A stretch of 64,000 nt of DNA from assembly GCA_031835245.2 (NCBI GenBank), contig JAVKOQ020000074.1, positions 124,001 through 188,000 on the forward strand. The letters run 5' to 3'. Made by a program: the position numbers and the translations under genes. This stretch comes from Balamuthia mandrillaris. Lineage: Eukaryota. The notes beneath the pieces were generated by a model. The model ran no database searches. It worked only from the letters and a program-made list of their open reading frames with translations, and was not told the origin of the DNA. Positions 23,591 through 40,953 of the stretch are shown in pieces (position 1 is the first letter of the stretch; each line of letters begins with the position of its first letter).

Positions 23591-24734
23591 TCACCGAAGG
23601 CTATTCATGAACTCGCGGACGGGCGCAGGTACATAGCTCTTGTACTCCTTGAGGAACGCCGTTGTGATGACTTGTTGCAACTTGTCCATCGGGTTATCTT
23701 CATCTGTGATGAGGTGTGCGCCATCGCTTTCTTGTGCAGCCTCCTCCATAGGCAGCTCCCACTCTTCAAAGTGGTTCCAAATCCAATAAGCATCTTCTCC
23801 TTCGCTCTTCCAAGACTTTACATCATCGGGGAGGTTAAATTGGATGCTATGCTCCGAAGCAAAGAATACCTGTATCTTATTATTCAGTACGCGTTGCAAG
23901 AGAAGCAGAAGAAGAAGAAGAAGAAGAAGAAGAAGAAGAAGAAGAAGAAGAAGAAGAAGAAGAAGAAGAAGAAAAATTAAGAAAAAGAGAGGAACAACAA
24001 GAGTTTCGTACAAGGTTTGCAACCAGGTATTTGGCTGATGGCACTCGGTCTGGTGGTTGATCCACAAAGCATCGTACATGAGGAAAGACCGACCGGAGCG
24101 TCCTGAAGATGGACCAGGTAGCTGACATCTGTCGCTTTGTCCCTTTGGCAAACCCAAAGCTTACACCCTTTTGTTAATCATACGTCTTTACCTCTCTTCC
24201 TTCCTTCTTTTGTTCTGCTCCAACTGTTTTTCCTATCTTCTCTCTATTCTCTGTTCCCTTCTTTCATTCTGTTCTCTTTTTTGTCGCCTCTTAAACGTAC
24301 AAGTTTAAAACAAGGACACCGTTTGGAGGACGAAGCAGGTCTCGGATGGTACGGAATGTCTCCTGTGTCAACAAATGCGAGGCTGTGCTGCCTCCTTCAA
24401 ACACATCTTTGAAGGAGAAAAAAAACACAAACGAGTTAGCATCCTCCATTGCAAGAAGAACAAGAAACGAACCATGAAGAATGGCATCATAACGGAGATC
24501 ACGTTGCGATGCTTGCTCCAAGAAGAGTCTTCCATCCATAGCAAACTCTGCACCAGCGCTACTGCCACCACGAAAGCCAAAAAACTCACGAGCATACTGC
24601 AAGACTACCGGATTGATGTCCACCACATCCATATGAGACACCACTCCAGCCGCCTCCAAAGACTTGGCCGTACTTCCAATGCCCACTCCGCTGTTGAAGA
24701 GAGAGAACGAAAGAGGAGCATACTCAGAGAAGAG

Positions 24735-24790
<56 letters not shown>

Positions 24791-25382
24791 TGTAAGAAAT
24801 AAGGGAGAGAGAGAGAGAACGAAAGAGGAAAGTAAGAACTCGGAGCAGAGAAATGAGAGACAAAGAAGAGAATGCTTGCATTTGAAGGAGGTTGTTGGTC
24901 GGGGAAGGAGAGAGGAGGAAGCGAAGGGCTGCCATCACGTGAAACACCGAAAAGATGTTTTGCGGCGGGTCGGTATGCCACTCGCCTCCAATGAGGGAGT
25001 TGCGGCTGACGAGCACCCTCCAACCCCTCTCCAAGTCATCCAGCACTACCAAAGGTCCATATTTCTTCCCTAAAGAGAGAGAGAGAGAGAGAGAGAGAGA
25101 TGAGTTCATCTTGCAAAGAGAAAGAGGGGGGAGGTTCCAAGGGTTACCTTTCTCCACGGCCAGTATTCGGAAGGTTTCTCCTTGCGGCCATCCCGGTCCT
25201 CTCTCTTCCTCTACTACTTCTTCCATAATGTCGTCGGTGCCACCCAGAGTTTGGCAGAGACCATCCTTGCAACGTGGAAGGGTTGCTTCATCTTGTTGTT
25301 GTTGTTGTTGTTGTTGTTGGTGCGTAGTGCCAGCTCCCACCAAACAGCACCCCACGAACAGCAGCCACCACGACCATCTCAT
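23591..25382 (-). CDS. Secreted/membrane spermidine-synthase-like class I SAM methyltransferase, multi-exon
   Basis: Signal peptide MRWSWWLLFVG; LLQ|IGVGIGS, MDVVDINPVVLQYAREFFGF, DGRLFL, YDAILH|DVFEGG, LRPPNGVLVLN, LITDEDNPM. Confidence 0.75.
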
Positions 25383-25419
25383 CGCTTTTTCTTTTCTAGA
25401 GTAATTTGAAAAAGAAAGG

Positions 25420-25602
25420 GTTGAGAGTAGGAATCGAACTGGAGGCATAAGCAGCACCAAAACATTAAGGGTTGAAAGCAGGAATCGAACTGAAGGCATA
25501 GGAACAACATTAATGTTGAGAGCAGGAATCGAACTGAAGGTTTGTTGGCAAAAAAAAAAAACAAATCATAGATAACGTTGAGGGTGGGAATCGAACTGAA
25601 GG
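25420..25602 (-). repeat. Four 26-bp direct repeats, each carrying a Pol III B-box-like motif
   Basis: GTTGARRGYRGGAATCGAACTGRAGG at 25420-25445, 25471-25496, 25515-25540 and 25577-25602; the minus strand reads ..AGTTCGATTCC.. Confidence 0.8.
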
Positions 25603-25648
25603 GAATGAAAAATTCTTTTTTCTTGTTGCGCCAGCTGTGCAGTCTTTT

Positions 25649-28105
25649 TTACCTCTTCTTGCCACGGTTCTTGATGGTTGCTTTCTTCTTTCTCTTCTTG
25701 AGCTTCTTTGGCACTTTGTTCATTCTTCTCTCTCTTTGCATCGCTTTCACTTGTTTCTTTCTTTCCTTCTTTGTGAGTTCTTTACCTTCTCCTTCACCTT
25801 CTTTGTCTTCGTCTTCATCTTCTGACTCTTCTCCTTCTTCCTCGTCACTTTCTTCTCCTTCTGCTTCTTCTTTTGCTTCTTTATCTTTCGTCTCAACTTT
25901 ATCCTTTCCTTTCTCTTCTTTTGTCGCTCCTTCTTTTTCTGGTGTTTCGCTCTGTGCAAGTATTTCGGGCACTTCTAACGTTCCTGAGAGATCGTCCTTC
26001 AATCCTGTCAGCTTTTGATAGTTTAACTGCCATGAAGAGAAGAAAAGAGAATAAAGTTCGTTATTCAAACCATTTGTCGGCAAAAAAAACAGAAGAGCGA
26101 CGGAACACAAGAGAGAGAGAGAGAGAGAAGGAAGGAGGAAGGAGGAAGAGGAGGAGAGAGAAAGAGAAAAAGGGCAAGCGTACTCCTTCGGTGGATCCCT
26201 CTTCTTTAACTTTAAAGACATCCTTCTCAGCATCAAGCACAGCATCCAAGCGGCTAGGGATGTAGCTCTTCTTCCAAACTTGCTCATCCAGCTCTTCCTC
26301 TGGAGTAAGATCTATTCCCCTCTGAAGAATATGTTCCTGGATTTTGTCGAGGTAGGCGTCCATGTTCTCAGTGGTGATGGTCGGGTCGATGATGAAGTCG
26401 AACAGCTCCTTGATGGACATGCTTGCTACTCCTCTTTTCTTGAAGAAGCTGTTGATGTTGGAGCAGTCCATCCTGAGAAACTCCAACGCATGAGGGTGGT
26501 CGTGTTCCACCGATTGAGAGACGTCGATGAAGTACAATATTCCTTTATGATAGCTTTGGAAGAGAAACAGAAGAAAGAAAGAAAGAAAGTGACAGAAGAA
26601 CGTGAAGAAAGTAAGTTTCTTGTAAGAGAGAGGGAGAGAGAGGGAGAGAGGGAGAGAGACGCACAGGATGTTGTACTCGCTCAAATCGGCATGTACCAAG
26701 TGACACTCTTGGTACATTTTGCGCATCATTTTGACGCATTGTAAATAGCACTCTCTGAGCTTCTCTTCGGTCAACTCAGCATCTTTCAGCTTAGGCGCGG
26801 CCCTTTAAATCATCAAAAGAAAAGAAAGATAAATGAAAAGTGAAGGAAGGAAAAGCAGGAAGGAGAAAGTACCATCCGTTCTTGCCAAGAAAGCTCATCA
26901 CGAGAACGTGCATGCGCAAAGCCACGGGATCAGGGCAACAAATTCCGGCTGCCTTCAGTCTGGTTAAGTTACGAAACTCCTTCTCAGCCCAAACGCGCAC
27001 CATCTTACGGGGATTGCTCTTGCAATAGCCTCTTCGGAAACGAAACTCTCCGGTGACATAACGATCTCTGTCCTTGAAGCTAAGAATGGACGTTTTGTAC
27101 ACTTTGATGGCTCTTTCATCTCCTTTCTCCGTTTTGCCATAGTAAACGTTGGCCTGTTTATAACGAAAAAGAAACCAGGATGAGCAGGGCAAGTAAGAGT
27201 AAGAGTAAGAGTAAGAGTAAGAGTAAAAAGAGAAAAGAGAAGAGGAGAAGGAAGTAAGAGTAAGAGTAAGAGTAAGAGTAAGAGTAAGAGTAAGAGTAAG
27301 AGTAAGAGTAAGAGTAAGAGTAAGAGTAAGAGTAAGAGTAAGAGTAAGAGAGAGAACCTCTTTGCCGGTGCTGAGACAACCGTTGATCTCGGAGACCAGC
27401 CCCCTGTTCAACATTTTATAGAGGATAAGACGGGTGCGAGGGTCCAGGCACTGCTCCGTTGTCGCTCTGTCCTTCTTTTCATGCACTCTCACCCTTTATG
27501 AAAACAAACAAGTCGTTTGCGAAAAGAAGAGAGGAGACAGGCAGGGAGAGGCAGCGAGTCTGGAAGAAAGGAGAGAATGGAGAAAACGAAGAGAAGAGAA
27601 AGCGGAGTTTGTTTTTTTGTTACCTCTGTTGCAGCTGCTTCTTGCCAGTCTCTTTCATGACGCTGCTGAAGGAGTTGGGGGCGTTCACCTGCAAGGAGCC
27701 CTTCCGGTCCTCCAGGTCGATGCGGTGGCTCCACTTGGACTCCAGGCTGGTCTCCGCCGGTTGAAAGGTCTTTGCGGCGCCGCCCACCACGAAATCGCCG
27801 TCTAAATTGCCGAAGCGCTTCTTGGCTTTCAGGTCTTCCTCGTAGTCATCCTCCTCGTCGTCTTCGTAGTAGTACTCCTCTTCTTCGTAATAGTCCCCTT
27901 CTTCGTCCCCTTCTCCTTCTCCTTCATCCTTTGGTTGCCCCTCTTCTTCTCCTCCTCCTCGTTTCTCTTCTTCTCTCATCGACAAGCTTTGATTTTGTTC
28001 TTCACCCTCCTCTTCGGCGTCAGCAAAGCGAGGGTCATGCTCGTCGTACGAGTCCGCAACGGAGCCCAGCGGTGGCAAGCGAGAAACGTGGAAGGTGGTG
28101 GTCAT
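25649..28105 (-). CDS. RIO1: RIO1 serine/threonine kinase, multi-exon
   Basis: [91 protein letters not shown], and a C-terminal K-rich tail. Confidence 0.95.
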
Positions 28106-28527
28106 GCTTCCTTCCTTCCTCCCTTCTCCCTCCCTCCTTGGATCCTGTCTTTCTTTCTTTCTTGGCTTTTTCTTTTTCTTTATTTTTTTTTCTAAGTTTC
28201 TTCCCCGCATTCCATACATGCCTTTCGTTCCTTGCGTATCTTTCATGCCAAACATTCCATGCATGCCACCGTATGCTGTACCAATGGTTCACAAGTGCTG
28301 TAATAATGTTGCACAGATTGAGCTGCCTTTTCACCAACCAAAAAAAATAAAAAGAAAGTTAAAAAAATAAAAAGAAAGAAAGTGGTTCCTCCTCCTCCTC
28401 CATCCCTTCCTTCTTGTTCTGCTTTGGTGGAAGTGAAACAACGACTTCCTTCGTATTCGCTGGCAAGCACACACTTCAAAAAGGAAAGAGGGAAGAAGGG
28501 AGCGCGCACAACAAACAAGACAAAAGA

Positions 28528-28878
28528 ATGTCGCTCTACTTTCGGAATTTGAACGACATCACTCGCACCAGCGCCAGAATCTTTGGCAATCGGATAGGCA
28601 ACAACCTTCCCTCCGGCTGGAAGGAGCTCCGGAAGATGCGGAGAGGTCTTGCCATGCTGCGATACTACCAACCCACCATCCATCAGCTCATGAAGGGCAT
28701 GCCGGGCTTCGAGACGCCGAGGCAGCTCGTCAACAAGGAGCGGATCGAGAGGAGGCTCCTCCGCGGCAAGACCCCCACCAAGAAGGGCCAGGGCAAACAG
28801 GCGCTCAAGAGAGCGGCCGAGGAGAAGAGGTTGGCCGCCAAAGCTGCCAGAGAGGCCACCAAGAAAAAGGGCAAATAA
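28528..28878 (+). CDS. Mitochondrial small-subunit ribosomal protein mS33-like
   Basis: Small basic protein with SARIFG..SGWKELR..LRYY..RGKTPTKKGQGK, the mS33/Rsm27 pattern. Confidence 0.75.
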   Translation: MSLYFRNLNDITRTSARIFGNRIGNNLPSGWKELRKMRRGLAMLRYYQPTIHQLMKGMPGFETPRQLVNKERIERRLLRGKTPTKKGQGKQALKRAAEEKRLAAKAAREATKKKGK

Positions 28879-28938
28879 TCCTCTTAAATATATTTTTTAC
28901 TTTGTTGTTATTTTTTTTTTCACACACAAAAGAAGACC

Positions 28939-31871
<2,933 letters not shown>

Positions 31872-32297
31872 TTCTTTCTTTTTTTAAATTTGAGGGGTCA
31901 AGGCAACCGGTCCAACAATTCTGAGGAGTCTTCATGACAGCTTTTGCTGTAGTTCCTGCAGGATCAGACAAGGAGACCCCTCATAAAAGATTCATTGCTT
32001 TCTATGACCCCTCAATTTTTTTACAAGTAAGCGATGTCGGAAGCCTAGCCAAACCTGCTCCATCCACTACGTTATTGTGGTGGAAGGGGTGACCCAGGTC
32101 CCAACGCAGAGTCCAGTGCAGACCCTGCTCGCAAAGGACAGAAGCGGAGCATAATGCTTACGCCTAACGCCTTGTGGATCTTGAAGTGGAGTTAGAACTA
32201 GGATTGTTAAGTTTTGTGGGCGCACAAAAGAAAAGACTCCTCAATAATATTTTTCTTCTTACGGAAACAAAACCCTCTCCAGACAAACAGCTCTTGT

Positions 32298-33866
32298 TTA
32301 ATCTTGTTGCTGTGGGTCAAAGTGCTTCTTCAGACCCTGCCAACAGGAATAATAGTCCTCGTCTACCTCCGCTTGCAGAGCATACGGCGCCAACGTGAAC
32401 ATGTACGTCGACTCAAACATGAACGCCAATGTGGTGTCAGGGATCTTGACTGGCTTGAGCTCTGCTGCAGAGGCTCCTTCAAAGGTGGTTGCATCGGGTC
32501 CGTGAGGCGTCATGAAGCTGTGAAGGCTGGCGCCGCCAGGAAGGAAGCCCTCTTGCTTAGCTTCGTAGACGCCACGGATGAGACCCATGAACTCGCTCAT
32601 GCAGTTGCGGTGATAGTAAGGAGGACGGAAGGTGTGCTCGGCCACTGTCCAGCGGGGAGGGAAGATCACAAAGTCGGCCACGGCCACTCCTGGTTTGGTG
32701 CTTGGGCAGGTCAACACCGTGAAGATGGATGGATCCTTCAGCGCAGCAGAAGAACGTTCATTTACAGCGTTAGGAAGAAAGAATGAAAGAAAGTGAGAGA
32801 GAACTAACAAGAAAGAAAAGAAAGGGAGAGGGTACACACCAAGTGATCAAATGTAACGGTATTAACAGCACAGAACTTGGAAAGGTCATACTTATAGGGA
32901 GCATAGTTGCCATGCCACGCCACCACATCAAAGGGAGAATGCTGCTGCGTGGCCTCGAACAGCCTACCCCTAAACTTAGCGACGATGGTGAAGCTCTCAC
33001 ACTCTCTGTCCTCGTAGGCTGCCACTGGTGTCAAAAAGTCCCTCGGGTTGGCCAAGCCGTTGGCTCCAATGGGTCCCAAGTTGGGCAACTCAAAGCTGCC
33101 CTCAAAGACCTCCACGATGTAGCCACGAGAGGGGCCGGAAGGCAGCGCCACGTTAAAGCGAATGCCTCGTGGTATTACCACGATTTCGCCAGGAGCCACT
33201 TCGAGCTTGCCAAACTCGGTTGTTATGTCCAATGTTCCTTGCTGAGGCACTGTTTGTTGGGGCCACAACAAAGGAGAAAGAAGACAGGAGGAAAAAGAGG
33301 AGAACGGCAATAAGAATCAACTGAACAAAGAATCAATAAAAACCAACACAACAACACGCACCCATGAGAAAGTCGCCATCAGAGGAATACAGGCACTTGT
33401 CACCCATGTCTGCGTTACAAAGGTAGACATAAATGGCCAGCCCGCTCTTCATGGCAGGGTCCCCAGCCCCCATCAACGTGCGGAGCCCCTGCACAAAATC
33501 CACACCCCCTCCCTCTCCCTCCTTTTGCTCCTGGGGCAGAGGGAAGGGCTTCCACCTCAGCTGGTTGGGCTCGGCCTCCATCTTGGCAAACTCGTTGTCC
33601 ATCCAGGGGTGCTCCAGGCGCTTAAAGGGCCTGTGGATGACCGAGGGCCGTATGCGGTAGAGCCAGCTGCGTCGGTTGGAGGGGCGAGGCGCGGTGAAGG
33701 CCGTCCCTGAGAGCTGCTCCGCGTAGAGGCCCTTGGGGCAGCGTTGCGGCGTGTTTTGGCCTTTCGGGAGCGTGTTGGGGATGGCCTCCGAGCAAAAGTG
33801 GTTGCCAAAGCCGGCTTGGTACTCGTACTTGTCCGGCGCCGTGCTGGTCTTTGCGGGTCCTTCCAT
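32298..33866 (-). CDS. HGD: Homogentisate 1,2-dioxygenase
   Basis: [101 protein letters not shown]. Confidence 0.96.
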
Positions 33867-33870
33867 CTCG

Positions 33871-33905
<35 letters not shown>

Positions 33906-34139
33906 TTTCTTCTCTCTCTTCCTCCAAAGAAAGAATTTTCGTTATTTTTATTTTGGATTTTTTTTCAAGTCGCCAAAAAAATTTGGAAAATTGGAGATAA
34001 TTTAAAGGAATTTTCGAATGAAAGCGAAAGAAAAAAGAATTACCGTCGACCGCTCGGGCACAAACAAAAAGGGATAAATGGAAATAAATTGCTGCTTCTT
34101 CGCTTTTTTTTATAATCGTTTTGGATGCTGATGATATCA

Positions 34140-37242
<3,103 letters not shown>

Positions 37243-37669
37243 TGCTCTTTTTTTGCTTTCTTGTGTTGTTATTCGTTTTTTTTTTTTGCAATTTGTTTTC
37301 ATTACTGAATTTTCGTTTGAAACACCGCCAGTTTGATGATTTAAAAAACTTTACTCCCAACATTCTCTGTTCCAGCAGAAGCAGTAATAAAAAAGCCCTT
37401 ACCAAAAATTTGGAAATACTTGAAATGGGTAGCAGCAAGCTAATCAGCATTAACTGCTCCCTTGATAAATAAGTGTAAAACTCTTTCTATACTATTCACT
37501 GTGTTTTGTCCAAACAACTCAAGAAATAAGCATAGTACTTACCAACTCTTGAGTAATTATTTTCTGAGAAATAAAATTGATAAAGAAGTATTAAATATCT
37601 AACAAATAAACAACGACCAGGCAGAGTTACCTGTCATTAACAGTGTAACCTATTATCATGATATGTCTA

Positions 37670-37782
37670 TATGAGCTATTTAGACAGGTGTTTATACAAG
37701 TGTTTAAATAGCTGTTTAGATAGCTATATAGACAGATGTTTAAACAGGTGTTTAAACAGGTGTTTAAATAACTGTTTAAACA
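37670..37782. repeat. Degenerate 12-bp tandem repeat (TGTTTAAACAGG-like)
   Basis: About 9 imperfect copies with a palindromic core TGTTTAAACA. Confidence 0.7.
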
Positions 37783-38184
37783 TCAAAGAACCATAATAGT
37801 GTTAAAATAACAAAGATAATCTTCAATAATGAAAAAATTAGTCTATTATCAGTCATTTACCTTAAGTGATTATTATAATAAACTTTTTTAAAGACCTATT
37901 CTTCATTTTACCAAATGGTTTTTAAGAGAAACCAAGAAGTCACTCCTCAACCCTGAGCCTCTTTCCTTCCTTGGTTGCCTTCTCAAATATATATACTTTT
38001 CCTATAAACTAGAATCAAAACACATAACATTTATTTTTATATCCTTTGAAATTATTTTTAAATATAATAATTTTTTAAAAAAATAATTTTTCTTTGCTTT
38101 AAAAATATTTAAATATTATTATTGTGAATATTTTGATTAAACCAAAAATAATTTCCAAAAAGGAGCTCTCTTTTTTGTTTAAAA

Positions 38185-38444
38185 TGTTTACAACCCGGCC
38201 TTGGGTCGTGCCAATCCTTTTTTCTCATACAATGCTCACAAAGGAGAGATAAAATTGGGGTGGTTCTTGGTTTGCTCTTATTAGAAGGACCTGCTTTGTA
38301 TGTACAGTTTCTTTCTCTAATTCTGTTCTTCTCTCCTTTTTCCCCTCTTTTCCCTTCTCCCATGGTAATGCAATACTTAGAGATTCCATTGATTGGCTGG
38401 TTGATGTCATCCTATTGATCAGACTGAAATCATGCTGTGTGACA
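38185..38444 (-). mobile_element. Solo LTR (family B)
   Basis: TG...CA ends; its reverse complement aligns along its length with 39330..39803 once that copy's two insertions are removed. Confidence 0.6.
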
Positions 38445-39405
38445 AAAGGTCAACACAGGTGAATATGAAAGAAGTACCTCAAGAGAAAAGGAGGAAAGAA
38501 GAAAACATGGATAAGTAAAGATTTCAATTGTATCTTGACGTGTCCAGAAAAGAAAGAGGCAAGTACAGAGCCCAATTGTGACAAGAATGATAAAAAGGAA
38601 AGTGTAAAGCCCCTTTAGCAAGACAAGAAAGCGGAGAATTTGTTATAGAGTTAGGAGTTAATGAGTATCTAAGGATGAATATATACCAAAAAGGAGGGTG
38701 TGTGATAGTGTTAATAAACATGTCATATAAGTCTACAAGAATAAAGTCAGCTGCATTGAAGTCAAGCAGTGATCAACCATTGATAATGGAATATAATGGA
38801 AAAACAAGAGAGAATCACTTAGAACCCTTAGTAGAAAGAATAGATATAAAAGTTGGACAATGATGCTCACACAAAGAGAAGGACTTACTTACACTATTAT
38901 TCACATATCCCCTTTTATAAAGAAACACAAGGGATGTGATCATAGTAACAATTAATAAAGAAAAAAACCAAAAAAATAACAACAACAAGTTCTCAAGTTT
39001 TTTTCTTCCTAGCAAAGTTAATTTAAAACCAAGTTACATCTTTATTGTCTCTTTCCTTTTGATTAACATGGAGAGAAGTTATCTTCATAGTAACAAACAA
39101 GTTCTATTCCAAGTTGTGTTAAAGTATTCTGTGTCTTCTTTGAAGGGTTTTCTTTGATAAGGAAGGAGGCATTCCTTTGGGATGATTGACCTAGTACACT
39201 GAAGGTTTATTTATTGTGACAATAATAGATTTATGGTTTGTTGAAATGTTTGTTTTGCCAAGTTTAATAGAAATGAGTTTTTCAATTCTTCCTATAAGAA
39301 AGTGGTCTTGCAAGTCCTCTGTGTGTATTTGTTATGTGGCATGATCTTGGTCTGATCAATAAAATGACATCTACTAGTTAATCAACAGAATCTCTAAGTA
39401 TTGCA

Positions 39406-39467
39406 GGGTACCTACAAGGTTGAGCAGTTTCAACTCACTAGATAGCCAATAAACTATTCCAAAAAAA
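39406..39467 (+). mobile_element. 5'-truncated poly(A) retroposon fragment (LINE/SINE-type)
   Basis: Absent from the sister LTR copy; AATAAA at 39448, A-run at 39461; flanked by AAGTATTGCA / AAGTATTACA. Confidence 0.6.
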
Positions 39468-39615
39468 AAGTATTACATTACCCAAGGAGGAGGGGATAAG
39501 AGGGAAAAAGGAGAGAATAACAGAATTTTGAGAGAGAAACAGGGCACATGAAGCAGGTCTTTCTAATAAGAACAAACCAAGAATCACTTCAATTTTATCC
39601 CTCCTTTGTGAGTGT

Positions 39616-39753
39616 TGTTATACCACTCTCCTATAATACCTATCCCTATCTCTCCTTGTATATATATCTCTTTCTTTTATTTCATTAAAAGTCTTTTCCC
39701 TATGCCCATTGAGTTGGTGTCCATTAGGTTGTTTCCCTACCGGCCTTATCACA
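39616..39753 (+). mobile_element. Solo LTR (family A, 138 bp) with GTGT TSD
   Basis: TGTTATA...TATCACA ends; GTGT on both sides; same sequence family as 45117-45245 and 61220-61281. Confidence 0.75.
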
Positions 39754-40333
39754 GTGTTGTGTGAATAAGAGGAATTGGCATAACCCAAGGCCAGGTTGTA
39801 ATATATTTTCTGATGGAAATGTATTATTTATGGCTAGGTGTTCTAAGGTTATCATTGAAATGCAAGAATGCATCCTGTTGGTTATGGTGTTCTTTAAATT
39901 GGGAGAAGTTTTTGTTAAGTTTGCCATTTCTGTTGAAGTTGTTATGAGGGTCATTATAGGCATTGAGGTCTCTATGTACTGTTTTTGGACCTTTGTTTTT
40001 AAGGCTGGTAAGATATTTGTTGATGCCTCCATTTCAGAATAGTTTATTTTCTATTCTATTTGCTGGAGCATATATGTTGACTAAGATTAGCTTTTCATAG
40101 TTTTGAGTTGCTTAGCTTTATTGCTATTACCCTGTCTTTAATATTTCTTATAAGGGTTATAGTGGTAGATATAAGCTATTAGGAAGGTAGGATAGGAAAA
40201 TGAAAGCAACTCCTCTGTGGTAATTTTTGTCCATTAAAATGTTGGAGGTTTGCTTTGTAAGTATATTCCAACATTTCTAACAAGAAATCATCTAGACTGT
40301 TTGCCCTTTCTATCAACAACAGAAATAACAACC

Positions 40334-40549
40334 TGTTGATAAAGGATAAACCCTAGGGATCAAGAAAGGAACAACATGTAAGCAACTCTGGGTTTATTCA
40401 TAAGAAACAGGAGTATGGCATGGACCAAAGTGAGTGCTTTGAATGTCTCATAAGGAAAAAGGGAAAATTAAAGAAGAAAGGGAATTTAAGGTTTTCAAGA
40501 AGAGTGTCAACAAGAAGGCATAATGAAGTGAATCATTGGTTTTCCAATG
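40334..40549 (-). mobile_element. Degenerate solo LTR (family C) with AACC TSD
   Basis: Aligns with LTRs 40954..41162 and 43457..43667; AACC on both sides. Confidence 0.7.
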
Positions 40550-40953
40550 AACCCTTTTGATAATATAAACAATAATGATGATTTTCCTTCTCTTATAATC
40601 TGCTCTGATTTTACTCTTACTCTCAACATTACTTTCTTGATATTAATAGGTATTTTGAGTCCTGCTATACTATTAATGAGCTAATAAAAGGAGTTAAGGT
40701 CTTAATTCTTACAATATTAGCTTTGTTGGCCAATTAGTCACCTGCTGTCACATTCCTAGGCTTCTTCCTTTTATTTTGTTGGTTCTTCCTTTCTTTCTTT
40801 TAATTAGTTAGTTTTGTTTTCATTATTTACACTACACTTTTCCTTCACTTTGCACAAATTCCTTAAATTTCTCTTTTTCATGTTTTTCATTTTGTTGACT
40901 TTCCTTTTTTGTCACAAAAGAAAGAAAAAAGAAGGGGAAATGTACAAAAAATG

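Larger units (their letters stand above)
39330..39803 (+). mobile_element. Solo LTR (family B) with TATT TSD, carrying two nested insertions
   Basis: TATT at 39326-39329 and 39804-39807; homologous to 38185..38444. Confidence 0.65.

Noticed and set aside
25420..25602. CRISPR array
   Set aside because: Eukaryotic context, no cas genes, spacers of uneven length, and the first two spacers resemble each other.
27192..27350. Telomere-like hexamer array (GAGTAA)n
   Set aside because: Not TTAGGG-like; it is the pyrimidine-rich (TTACTC)n tract of a RIO1 intron.
28200..28300. Pro-periodic short ORF between RIO1 and mS33
   Set aside because: Short, weak 9-nt periodicity in a divergent promoter with no coding support.
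31921..31945. Hammerhead ribozyme (CTGAGGA followed by a small stem)
   Set aside because: The required GAAA after stem II is missing (AGCT instead).
38185..39803. DIRS-like element with inverted terminal repeats
   Set aside because: The right copy has its own TSD and no tyrosine recombinase or RT is visible between them; two independent solo LTRs is simpler.
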